Position numbers and translations under genes: made by a program. 64,000 nt of DNA from a phage: sequence record PX418213.1; one strand, given 5' to 3'. Every line of letters begins with the position of its first letter. Position 1 is the first letter of the stretch. The notes under the pieces were generated by a model, which did no database searches, had not been told where the DNA came from, and saw only the letters and a list, made by a program, of their open reading frames with translations. Shown here piece by piece: positions 44,268 to 53,234 of the stretch.

Positions 44268-44483
44268 TCACTTGCCCAGCAGTTTAAGGATATTTTCCAT
44301 AATAGTTTGGGCGGATTTTTCACTCTTGTTGGTTTCAGCCAACTTTAAAGCGAGTTCTTCCTGCTGTTTCTGAATATCAGCTGCGATTTTTTGATCAGCC
44401 TCAATACGAGCTTGAAGCTCATCAGTGATAGTGGTAAAGGAAGCAACGATTTCAGTAACAGAACGTGGTTTCTTAGAGAACAT
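44268..44483 (-). CDS. hypothetical coiled-coil protein
   Basis: 71-aa ORF. Confidence 0.45.
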   Translation of the reverse strand: MFSKKPRSVTEIVASFTTITDELQARIEADQKIAADIQKQQEELALKLAETNKSEKSAQTIMENILKLLGK

Positions 44484-44547
44484 AAAAAATATCCTTGATT
44501 AGTTAGAGAATTAGTCGATTGTAGGGGCTTTCGCCCCTATTTATCTA

Positions 44548-45063
44548 TTACTTCGCTTTACGCTTGCGAGCTGGTTTAGCAGATTTACGAGCAGAATCAC
44601 CCGTGAACTTAATGCCTACACCGTAACACAGAGCACGAACATTATCTTTACTATACTCTACGCCAAAGATATTTGGCTTAACAGAACCAAACTGTCCACG
44701 AGTATCACGCAATACATCTGCTGTTGGTTTACGCTTCTGGTTAACTGCCTTCTCATAGTCTTTCATAGACATACCATTACGAGAGAACAATTCAGCCCCA
44801 GCGTTGAAGCTCAAGGAAACCGGGACAGATTTGTGGCCGTAATTTTCTACATACATAACCATTTTGTAGGATTTACGGGTGGCATTTTTAGCTTTAGGCT
44901 TTTGACGAATCGGAGCCGGGTTATTCAGTGCTTGTGCAGCCTGAGCATCGGTAGGATGCTTACGCAGGTGACGTTCCAGGCGAGCTTTGCGATTAGCCTC
45001 GGTCTGCGGGAAAGTTTTAACTGCCGGAGCTGCTTGAGTTTTTGCGTTTTTCTGCTTAGCCAT
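44548..45063 (-). CDS. basic, probably nucleic-acid-binding protein
   Basis: 171 aa; K/R-rich termini. Confidence 0.5.
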   Translation of the reverse strand: MAKQKNAKTQAAPAVKTFPQTEANRKARLERHLRKHPTDAQAAQALNNPAPIRQKPKAKNATRKSYKMVMYVENYGHKSVPVSLSFNAGAELFSRNGMSMKDYEKAVNQKRKPTADVLRDTRGQFGSVKPNIFGVEYSKDNVRALCYGVGIKFTGDSARKSAKPARKRKAK

Positions 45064-45101
45064 TATTTGTTTTCCTTTTTGTTTATCAATTTATGAAGTA
45101 T

Positions 45102-45130
45102 ATTATACGAGAATTTGAAGCGTTTAGCAA
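45102..45130 (-). promoter_or_regulatory. T5-type strong sigma70 promoter
   Basis: TTGCTA, 17 bp, TATAAT. Confidence 0.6.
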
Positions 45131-45138
45131 ATGAATTT

Positions 45139-45588
45139 TTAATTTATTAACTGTAAGCTTCTTTTAATTTCAGACCTTACCTGCATCAAAAGAACTCCTA
45201 AAGTATTATCCCCGATGCCTCGGCAAACACCCCAATATGTATCTCCCCAGGTATTTCCTTCGATCAAAGTTGCATTTTTTGTTGCTAACAGTTTGTCTCT
45301 CAAATCAGGGATTGCAAACTTTAACCGTAAAAGCTCTAGCATTACATCATCTTTTACCTTATCCCAGTCAGAGCGCAGAGTTAATTTACGTCCTCTACGT
45401 TTGGCAACTCCTGCATTTAGGGAGCGCAGTACATGAGCTACATCATCTTTTTGGTCGGATTTCATAGCCTGAAAAGCATGTTCTACAGTATCAGCATGCC
45501 ATATCTCATTTAGGTATTCGAAAGTAATTGGTGATAAATAAAAGTTAGATAAGAAACTATAAGCACCTTTAAATTCAGTAATCTTCAT
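45139..45588 (-). CDS. NADAR-domain (YbiA-like) protein
   Basis: 149 aa; ...EGNTWGDTYWGVC...GDNTLGVLLMQVR resembles NADAR/DUF1768. Confidence 0.6.
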   Translation of the reverse strand: MKITEFKGAYSFLSNFYLSPITFEYLNEIWHADTVEHAFQAMKSDQKDDVAHVLRSLNAGVAKRRGRKLTLRSDWDKVKDDVMLELLRLKFAIPDLRDKLLATKNATLIEGNTWGDTYWGVCRGIGDNTLGVLLMQVRSEIKRSLQLIN

Positions 45589-45869
45589 TTTTTACGCCCC
45601 GCATCTTTAGCCTCTTCGGCTGTATAGATATACTGATAAGCCCCTTTGGAGTAGGCTGGAGCAGTACACATTTTCTTACGCTCAATCTCTTCTTGGGCTT
45701 TTCTTTCGCGTTCAGCTAATTCTTCATCCAGATAAACTAAACGTTGTTCTGGAGGGGGTGGAAGACGTGTTTCTGGCTCACCAATATTAGCCTTTCTTAT
45801 TTGACGAGGTGATTGTGCACGTTTTCTCAATGGTTTAAATCCTAATGAATTTGAGTTATAAATCCGCAT
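45585..45869 (-). CDS. hypothetical protein
   Basis: 94-aa ORF. Confidence 0.5.
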   Translation of the reverse strand: MRIYNSNSLGFKPLRKRAQSPRQIRKANIGEPETRLPPPPEQRLVYLDEELAERERKAQEEIERKKMCTAPAYSKGAYQYIYTAEEAKDAGRKK

Positions 45870-45896
45870 AAAGCCCTCCTCACTTTCAATACGAAT

Positions 45897-45925
45897 ATTA
45901 TACTAAATTAGAGGGCTTTAAGCAA
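45897..45925 (-). promoter_or_regulatory. T5-type strong sigma70 promoter
   Basis: TTGCTT, 17 bp, TATAAT. Confidence 0.6.
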
Positions 45926-45946
45926 GAGAATTTTTTAATTTATTTA

Positions 45947-46435
45947 TCACATCTCAGCCATTTCAGCTTCAGTAATAACTGTGTTACATAAGGCATCTAC
46001 AGCTTCATTACCACTAATACCAGAATGTCCTTTAACCTTAATAAAGGTAGGGTTAGTATTATGAAAGTTGATATACTGCTGTGTTAATTTAAATGCTTCC
46101 TGCCAAAGTTCTAGATTAAGAGGAACTTCACCATCTGCTTTCTTCCAGCCTTTCCTTTGCCAAGAAAACATCCAACTTTCCATACCATTTTTGCAATAAG
46201 CAGAGTCAGTATAGATAGCAATTGGTCTATTATCTTTTTTAACAGACCAACGTAGAGCTTCTACAATAGCTGTGAGTTCCATCTCATTATTTGTAGTTTT
46301 AGGATTATAACCAGATTTAGAACCTAAACGATCGTCGTTATCATCATAGACAATAAAACCCCAAGCACCTGGACCTGGATTAGACTTACAAGCACCATCT
46401 GTGTAAATGTGGAAAACCGACATTATACCTCCCAA
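45947..46435 (-). CDS. rnhA: ribonuclease H
   Basis: 162 aa; RNase HI motifs YTDGAC, NNEMEL, YTDS, GHSGI.GNE.VD. Confidence 0.8.
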   Translation of the reverse strand: MGGIMSVFHIYTDGACKSNPGPGAWGFIVYDDNDDRLGSKSGYNPKTTNNEMELTAIVEALRWSVKKDNRPIAIYTDSAYCKNGMESWMFSWQRKGWKKADGEVPLNLELWQEAFKLTQQYINFHNTNPTFIKVKGHSGISGNEAVDALCNTVITEAEMAEM

Positions 46436-46704
46436 CTAATTTTAAGACCCATGTCTACAAAGGCGGCTTCTCGGTAGTATTGTGAGAGATGATACCCCTT
46501 ATCCGATAAGGCTTTTAGTACCGATTTAGCCGCTCCTGGCATTTCTCTAGGGTTATATAGCCACCTAGCGTAAGGATTATCTCTAATAATTACTTCTGTA
46601 TTTCCAGACTTAGCAGCTTCTACAATCTTTTCTTCTATAAATTTTAGAAATGCGGGTACTTCTGTTAATCCTGCAAGTTCTTGGGCTTCTTTGGCTGAAA
46701 TCAT
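46423..46704 (-). CDS. hypothetical protein
   Basis: 93-aa ORF. Confidence 0.5.
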   Translation of the reverse strand: MISAKEAQELAGLTEVPAFLKFIEEKIVEAAKSGNTEVIIRDNPYARWLYNPREMPGAAKSVLKALSDKGYHLSQYYREAAFVDMGLKISWEV

Positions 46705-46729
46705 TATATACCTCCAATTTATAAAATAT

Positions 46730-46758
46730 ATTATATTTAAATTTCACTAAATAAGCAA
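46730..46758 (-). promoter_or_regulatory. T5-type strong sigma70 promoter
   Basis: TTGCTT, 17 bp, TATAAT. Confidence 0.6.
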
Positions 46759-46797
46759 ATGAAATTTAAATATAATAGCCCCGAAGGGCTATTTAAA

Positions 46798-47652
46798 TTA
46801 CACAGTGAATGGATATGCAATAGCAGGATGGTGTTTGTAACCACGAACAGTAAAATCATCCTTATTTACCCAGGTCAATACGTCCTCCAGAGTTCGGATA
46901 TTTGGATTGATTTCTAGAGTAGGAGGTGCAAAAGGTTCACGATCGAATTGCTTATGCTCCATCAAAACGTTATACTGATCCTCATAAATATGAAGATTGA
47001 TAATCTTCTGGCGTGCAATTCCTGGTTTAAGGCCTGTAATCTGTGCCATTAATGCTAGAAGCGTATAGCACTGAACCATGTTAAATACTTGGCCTAACAG
47101 GAAGTCATTAGATCTCTGGAAAGAGTTCAGATATAATGTATCTCCCAAAATAGAGAACTGATGAGTGTGCATACATGGACGTAAGCAACCCTTTGAGAAC
47201 TCTCCCGGATTCCAAAATGTTAGAATTTCCCCACGATCATCAATGCCCTTCTTCAGGTTATGATAAATCTTGGCTAGTTGGTCAAACATAAGACCATCGG
47301 AATTAGTCCACTGACGTCCTTGAACACCATAGACTCGTCCCATATCATCCTCACCTTTACGGTATGGATTGTCTAACCAAGCTAAGTTTTCATTTGCATT
47401 AGCATTCCATGTGTTAACACCAATAGCGCGGAATTGTGCTGCTGAATCATACCCGCGTAGATACCCAATCATTTCCATTATTGCTTGTTTTGCAAACGCC
47501 TTACGGGTAGTAATAAGTGGAAATTCACCTGCACCTACGTTAAAAGTAAAGTCTGCGTCAATAATAGTGAGGCAACGAACCCCCGTTCTAGGATTCGTTA
47601 CCCACTGACCTTCTGATAGAATACGTTTTCCAACTTCGATATACTGATCCAT
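46798..47652 (-). CDS. thyA: thymidylate synthase
   Basis: 284 aa; ThyA-like sequence; ATGA-coupled to DHFR gene. Confidence 0.8.
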   Translation of the reverse strand: MDQYIEVGKRILSEGQWVTNPRTGVRCLTIIDADFTFNVGAGEFPLITTRKAFAKQAIMEMIGYLRGYDSAAQFRAIGVNTWNANANENLAWLDNPYRKGEDDMGRVYGVQGRQWTNSDGLMFDQLAKIYHNLKKGIDDRGEILTFWNPGEFSKGCLRPCMHTHQFSILGDTLYLNSFQRSNDFLLGQVFNMVQCYTLLALMAQITGLKPGIARQKIINLHIYEDQYNVLMEHKQFDREPFAPPTLEINPNIRTLEDVLTWVNKDDFTVRGYKHHPAIAYPFTV

Positions 47653-48185
47653 TAATAAGTAACCAATTCCTGTACAAATCGCAGGCTGTTATCACTGTTT
47701 GCGCCAGTTGCGTAAACTAAACGAGTAGATTCATAGTTGTAATCTAGAATCGTATTATCCAGATGTACATCTGCCTCTAGTTTTTGATTACTAAAGATTG
47801 TGGATACGAAAGCACTTTCAATATGTCCATGAATATACATTTCGTACAGTAATGTTGCACCACCTAAAACCACTGTCTGTTGATCTTTTAAGAATGTAGG
47901 TAATGTATCTCCAATCTTTGAAATTGGGGTATAGATACCATGCTTAATATCATCAGGCAGAGGACGATCCGCACGAATAAAGAGGTCAGATTCTCCAATC
48001 ATACGTTGCCGAACAACTTCTGGAAGTGCTAAATAAGTACCCGCACCAATGATGATGTTATCTGGATTCAACACGTCTAGTTGAGAATAGAAAGCATCTA
48101 GTTCTTCTTTGAAGGAACCCCATGGGAGTTTACCTCGGAGGCCGAACTCCCCATTCGGCCCAACTGCATATATTGCTGTAATCAT
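47652..48185 (-). CDS. frd: dihydrofolate reductase
   Basis: 177 aa; N-terminal [25 protein letters not shown] motif. Confidence 0.75.
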   Translation of the reverse strand: MITAIYAVGPNGEFGLRGKLPWGSFKEELDAFYSQLDVLNPDNIIIGAGTYLALPEVVRQRMIGESDLFIRADRPLPDDIKHGIYTPISKIGDTLPTFLKDQQTVVLGGATLLYEMYIHGHIESAFVSTIFSNQKLEADVHLDNTILDYNYESTRLVYATGANSDNSLRFVQELVTY

Positions 48186-49327
48186 AAGAAATCTCCAAAT
48201 TCATTACCCAGATCTTTCAAAGTATCCGTAGAGGTCTCAGTTACCTGACCTACACGGTAGGCTGCACCAATCTGGATTTCTTGTGGAGCAGGCTGTAAAG
48301 AGGTGGTATCCAACCAGTTCATGATCCACGGAATAGGGTTTTTGGTGATTACTGGTAAATGACTAGGCCATTCTACACCAATGTGCATAAACGCATTACG
48401 CCCTACAAAATATAGGTACTCTTCTAGAAGTTCTGCATTCAAGCCAATCAGACTACGACCTTTGAAAATGAAGTGGCCCCATTCAATTTCAGTTTTCAGA
48501 GTTTTCAGGAGCTGTGCTGGTGCTTTAGTCACTGCTTCATCTACCAGATCTTTGTCAAATTGCTGAAACATAATCTGGATGATTGCTTTAGACATCTGAG
48601 TGTGTAGAGCTTCATCTTTAGCAATTAATTGTAGGTTTTTAGCAATACCTTGTAGAATATCGTTCTCTGCTAATGCAAAGGTACATGCAAAGGATGCGTA
48701 AAACTGCATTGCTTCCAGACCATAGATCGCAAAATAAGCGTCTAATAGTTTAGCCTGAGTTTCACGTTTAACTTCAGGGAACTCAGTTTCTGGATATGTA
48801 TTGTCTCCACGATGATCGCGTACTGCGATGAAATACTGACCTAACTGGTACAGTTCATCGAATAGTTCAACAGAATCAGCGATGCGTGCGAATGCTTCTT
48901 GGTTTTTGGTTACAGAATCAATAAATTCTGCTGGATCAGTTAGCACATTACGAATAATATTGCTATAAGCACGACTATGCAGATCTTCGAAGTAGCTCCA
49001 CTGCTTGAGCATACCTTCCAATTCTGGACGACTTACAAGCGGCATAATAGCTGCTTCAGGAGCACGACTGATAAAGGAATCAGTTTGAGTCTGCCATGCT
49101 AAGTTCAGGAGTGTAATTTCCTGAATTTCACGTGGGAGATTAGGCCATTGTTTCTTATCTGCTTCCAGACTGATTTCAGTTTCAGTCCAAAATTGAGAGC
49201 GTTGCAGAAGTGCCAGGCGTTCTAGTTCTGGATGTGCTACACGTACATAATCTGCGATACCGAGAGAATCTCCCAGGAAAAGGTCAGCGTTAGTATGATC
49301 CCAATTCAGGTTTAGTAAAGTAGTCAT
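48182..49327 (-). CDS. nrdB: ribonucleotide reductase class Ia small subunit
   Basis: 381 aa with di-iron/tyrosyl-radical motif pattern. Confidence 0.8.
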   Translation of the reverse strand: MTTLLNLNWDHTNADLFLGDSLGIADYVRVAHPELERLALLQRSQFWTETEISLEADKKQWPNLPREIQEITLLNLAWQTQTDSFISRAPEAAIMPLVSRPELEGMLKQWSYFEDLHSRAYSNIIRNVLTDPAEFIDSVTKNQEAFARIADSVELFDELYQLGQYFIAVRDHRGDNTYPETEFPEVKRETQAKLLDAYFAIYGLEAMQFYASFACTFALAENDILQGIAKNLQLIAKDEALHTQMSKAIIQIMFQQFDKDLVDEAVTKAPAQLLKTLKTEIEWGHFIFKGRSLIGLNAELLEEYLYFVGRNAFMHIGVEWPSHLPVITKNPIPWIMNWLDTTSLQPAPQEIQIGAAYRVGQVTETSTDTLKDLGNEFGDFL

Positions 49328-49358
49328 TGATTTTCCTCTTTCTCACTATTTCAGGAAT

Positions 49359-49387
49359 ATTATAGCAAATCTGGTAGCGATTAGCAA
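49359..49387 (-). promoter_or_regulatory. T5-type promoter for nrdB-DHFR-thyA operon
   Basis: TTGCTA, 17 bp, TATAAT upstream of nrdB. Confidence 0.6.
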
Positions 49388-49400
49388 GTAAAATTTCAAA

Positions 49401-49425
49401 GAAAAAGGAGACCCGAAGATCTCCT
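49401..49425 (-). terminator. rho-independent terminator after nrdA
   Basis: GGAGA...TCTCC hairpin with U-run on minus strand. Confidence 0.55.
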
Positions 49426-49433
49426 TGTTTTTA

Positions 49434-51764
49434 TTAAATAGTACAACCACCGGATGCACAACCGGCTGCTTCTTCTCCAGCACCTCCACCATTTGCGGTA
49501 TTGAAGTTAGCATAATACCAAGTTTTCCACCCATACTTAACAGCAGTCATGAAATCACGAACTACTACTGGGCCAGGAATGATTTCATTCTCAAACTTGG
49601 TGTAGTCATAGTACATATTCGTACTGATAGACTGACTGAAGAATTTCTGCATAGTTGCTACCCATTTGATCCACTCGATACGATCTACATCATAAGCCAG
49701 TTTATAGCTCATTAATGTTTCCCAATCGGTTGCACCTGGAGCAATTGCAATTACTTTATTTACTGCACTACCTTTAATAGATACAATCTTACGAGGCGGT
49801 TCGATAGAGTTAGTAACTCCTAGCAGAACAGAAGAACTTTCTCCCGGCATCTGAGCAGTCAGAACAGAGTTACGCATACCATATTTCAGAATATCTGCAC
49901 GTAGAGACTCCCAATCCATTTCTAGACCTACGGATACCAGTTCATCAACAGTTTTCTTGTACGTATCGATTACCAGAATTCCTTTAGATGGTTTAGTACG
50001 ATCAAACCACTCACATGCACCCTGTTCCTTAGCCAGGCGTACAGAGGCTTTATGCAGGAAGTAAGACAGTTTTTCAGCCTCACGGTGAATCCAGTTACGG
50101 GCTTCAATACCTTCGTAAGCCAGACCTTCTGCTGCCATTGCACCTGCTGCATTCATCAGGCCAATACCAACATTACGACGTTTCTTAGCCGTATATTCCA
50201 TAGTTGGGAACGGATAATCCTGAATTTCAATAATTGTATCAACGAATTTCAGGAGGATGTAGCAAGTTTTTTCCCACTCAGCCAGAGACTCCATGCGCCC
50301 AAGTACAACACCACCTAAGTTACACAGAGATACTTCACCAATATCCTCCGGCTTCATTTGATCAAGCTGCTCTTTTGTCTTGTACAGCTCTGTAATGTGA
50401 TGGAACGGGCGCGTAGGCTGAGTAATTTCAACACAAAGGTTTGTCATACGGATCGGATCAAGGAAGTTACCGTGACGATTAGATTCCCCGATGTGATGAG
50501 CATACATACGTCCTGTTTCCATTCGGATACGTAGCCAAGTATCTAGGATTTCTTTTGCAGAGACTTTAGGAGCTGCTGGAACTGTTTTTCCTTCGTGGTC
50601 GATCTTTGTAAGAGATGCCACACGTTTCTCCGCTGCCACGTAGATTTCTTCAAAATTAGCCTCGTCATCACTATAAAACGCTTCATGAACTTCTGGAGCA
50701 TAGAAGTATGACATTAGCGTAATATCTTCGTTTTTAAGATAACGTTTTAACAAAAGATTGTTAAAGCTCAGAGAATAATCCATCTTATCGATTTTATTCT
50801 CATCTGTAGCACGTTGTTGCTTAACCTGCATCAATTGAATGATTTCAGGATCGAAGTATGGATAAGACACTGTAGCAGAACCACCACGAGTTTGCTGAGT
50901 ATTGGCCTTTACTGAGCGGTCAATGTGTCGATAATATGGCAGTTTTCCGGAATGCGGGAATGCCCCATTTCGCACCGGATCAGCAATTGATCGGCTTTCA
51001 AGATGATACCCGATTCCCGCTCTGGCTGCGACCATTTTGAAGACGATGTGCTCGGCGGTGTCGATTGAATCCAACGTGTCAGTGGAATCCACGAGGCAGC
51101 AACTAGCAAATCCACGGTCACTAGAGCGCAGACCAACCAGTGGCGGCGTAGGAACGTTGATTTTGTGGAGTGACATTGCGTTGTAGAGATCGATTGCATC
51201 TAGAATTGTCCAGTTAGGTTGAGATAACATAGCCATTGCCATACCCATGTAGGCAAACTGCGGGGTTTCATAAATTTCACCAGTGGCTATATTACGACGG
51301 GAATACTTATCAAAGAACTGCTTCAGCCCACCACTAGTAAAAAGACGGTCACGATCATGGTCGATAACCTGATTCAGAGCTTCAAATTGCTCATCGGTAA
51401 TCCATGCACTCATGTCTTCCCATGCACCTACGCTAACCATGTGGTCATGGAAGAAGCGTAGAGAAGGTGGTTCGAAGGAATCATAAAGGCGTTTACGCAT
51501 TTGCGCAAGACGTAATTCCTTTGCTGGCACATCATATGCTGGATTATCTTTAATAAGACTTTCAGCAGCTTTAATTAATGCATCCATCAGAGTGTCGGAA
51601 TCTACAACCCCTTTAGGCAGAGTTTTTTGAGCAGCCATAGTAATGGCTGACCAACTTACATCAACTGTTTTGCAACCATACTCTGCCCAACCATTGATTT
51701 TTTCAGGAGCAAAGTCTTCTACAGTACCGTCACGTTTAATTACTTTTTCAATGCGATGGCTCAT
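49434..51764 (-). CDS. nrdA: ribonucleotide reductase class Ia large subunit
   Basis: start moved to ATG 51764 (MSHRIEKVIKRDG, ATP-cone) behind AAGGAAAG RBS; terminator downstream. Confidence 0.8.
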   Translation of the reverse strand: MSHRIEKVIKRDGTVEDFAPEKINGWAEYGCKTVDVSWSAITMAAQKTLPKGVVDSDTLMDALIKAAESLIKDNPAYDVPAKELRLAQMRKRLYDSFEPPSLRFFHDHMVSVGAWEDMSAWITDEQFEALNQVIDHDRDRLFTSGGLKQFFDKYSRRNIATGEIYETPQFAYMGMAMAMLSQPNWTILDAIDLYNAMSLHKINVPTPPLVGLRSSDRGFASCCLVDSTDTLDSIDTAEHIVFKMVAARAGIGYHLESRSIADPVRNGAFPHSGKLPYYRHIDRSVKANTQQTRGGSATVSYPYFDPEIIQLMQVKQQRATDENKIDKMDYSLSFNNLLLKRYLKNEDITLMSYFYAPEVHEAFYSDDEANFEEIYVAAEKRVASLTKIDHEGKTVPAAPKVSAKEILDTWLRIRMETGRMYAHHIGESNRHGNFLDPIRMTNLCVEITQPTRPFHHITELYKTKEQLDQMKPEDIGEVSLCNLGGVVLGRMESLAEWEKTCYILLKFVDTIIEIQDYPFPTMEYTAKKRRNVGIGLMNAAGAMAAEGLAYEGIEARNWIHREAEKLSYFLHKASVRLAKEQGACEWFDRTKPSKGILVIDTYKKTVDELVSVGLEMDWESLRADILKYGMRNSVLTAQMPGESSSVLLGVTNSIEPPRKIVSIKGSAVNKVIAIAPGATDWETLMSYKLAYDVDRIEWIKWVATMQKFFSQSISTNMYYDYTKFENEIIPGPVVVRDFMTAVKYGWKTWYYANFNTANGGGAGEEAAGCASGGCTI

Positions 51765-51906
51765 TTGGCTTTCCTTTTTATAGTTATCAGGATTTAAGGA
51801 ATATTCTACTTTATTATCGGTCATTAGGCAAATAAAATTTTCTGATAGAAAAGGCCCGAGTATTTTCATACCCAGGCCCTGTATATTACCAGTCTAGCTT
51901 TTTAGC

Positions 51907-52128
51907 TTATTCAATTACTTTAGCTCTAGCTACTTCTTTTAATAGAATATCTATGGAGGTGCTCAGCTCATTATAATTGAATGGTTTATTTGGATTTGAG
52001 GTTACAATTTTCCACGCTAGGGTTGTCTTAGGACTTTCTTCCCCTTCCTTACGTGTAATCATATTAGCAGCACTCAGTGAAGTACGATGTATTTTAGTTT
52101 TACGGCTCATATGAACGACGTTTCCCAT
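51907..52128 (-). CDS. hypothetical protein
   Basis: ORF 51907..52197 trimmed to Met with GGAAGG RBS. Confidence 0.45.
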   Translation of the reverse strand: MGNVVHMSRKTKIHRTSLSAANMITRKEGEESPKTTLAWKIVTSNPNKPFNYNELSTSIDILLKEVARAKVIE

Positions 52129-52129
52129 A

Positions 52130-52891
52130 TTACACCTTCCCCATGTCTTTAAAAATATCATAGAATGCTTTAGACTCAACAGAACGAACGTTATCAATCA
52201 ATTCGATCATTGAGAATGGGGCATTTTCGTATTTCTCATAGACTTCCATAAGGAGTGCTAGACCTGAGTCACCTTTAATGTCTTTCTGAGCTATATCTCC
52301 GCAGATAATTAAACGGCAGTCTTGTCCTACACGAGTTAGGAGACAAATCATTGCCTCAACGGAAATATTCTGAGCTTCATCGACAATTACATAGGAGTTG
52401 TTGAAAGTTCTGCCACGAGCATGTTCGATAGCCAAAAATTTAATTTTCTGACGTTCGACATATCCTTTATATGCATGATCGCCAATGGCCCATTTCATAC
52501 CATCAGCTATTGGCTCCAACCAAGGCTCTAGCTTTTCTGCTAGATCACCAGGAAGCATACCAAGAGACTTACCTAGAGGTTCATTAGGACGTACGAGAAT
52601 CACTTGCTCAATATCTGAGTGAATGTCTACGAGTTCCTGAGCTGCAAGAACGGACGGAATAAAGGTTTTACCAGTACCTGGCTCACCGATACCCACAGTC
52701 ACTGTGTTGTTCTTGATCATATTGATATATGATTTTTGCTCGCGGTTTTTACCTACTAGGGATTTAGCAACTGGGTTAGCGTAATCATTAGAAAAATCAG
52801 CCTGAATTACGTTATTCTCATATTTGTTGCCACGCTTTCTTGAACCATTGCGGTTCTCTCTTTTTTGACGTGCTTTTCCCATAAATAACAC
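52130..52891 (-). CDS. phoH: PhoH-like ATPase
   Basis: 253 aa; Walker A GEPGTGKT, Walker B VIVDEAQN. Confidence 0.8.
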   Translation of the reverse strand: MLFMGKARQKRENRNGSRKRGNKYENNVIQADFSNDYANPVAKSLVGKNREQKSYINMIKNNTVTVGIGEPGTGKTFIPSVLAAQELVDIHSDIEQVILVRPNEPLGKSLGMLPGDLAEKLEPWLEPIADGMKWAIGDHAYKGYVERQKIKFLAIEHARGRTFNNSYVIVDEAQNISVEAMICLLTRVGQDCRLIICGDIAQKDIKGDSGLALLMEVYEKYENAPFSMIELIDNVRSVESKAFYDIFKDMGKV

Positions 52892-52955
52892 TCCTATAGT
52901 GTACTTCGCTAACAGAGGATCAACAAAAAGATCTTGTTTATCAACTTACAAATAT

Positions 52956-52984
52956 ATTATACCAATATATACAGTAAAAAGCAA
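52956..52984 (-). promoter_or_regulatory. T5-type promoter for phoH, divergent from nrdD promoter
   Basis: TTGCTT, 17 bp, TATAAT. Confidence 0.6.
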
Positions 52985-53176
52985 CTACAATTTTAAATAA
53001 GCCTATGATATTGCATTTAAATAAAAAATTTGCTTGCTTTTAACGTGAGATGTGTGATAATAGATAATCATTTTATATCGCGTACACGAGTGCGTGATTA
53101 TACAATTTTTAATAGAGATTGACAAATAAAATTTTTTGACTCAGATCATGTTACAGAACTTTATAGTAAAATATTG

Positions 53177-53205
53177 TTGACATCCGCCCTCGAATGAGTT
53201 ATAAT
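53177..53205 (+). promoter_or_regulatory. sigma70-type promoter for nrdD
   Basis: TTGACA, 17-bp spacer, TATAAT; further TTGACA/TTGCTT elements upstream. Confidence 0.6.
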
Positions 53206-53234
53206 AGTAGTCTTAGTTAGAAAAGGAGAGTATA

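Noticed and set aside
46798-51764. Group I introns or inteins in thyA, nrdB, nrdA
   Set aside because: All three ORFs are uninterrupted and of canonical length; no intron-like insertion visible
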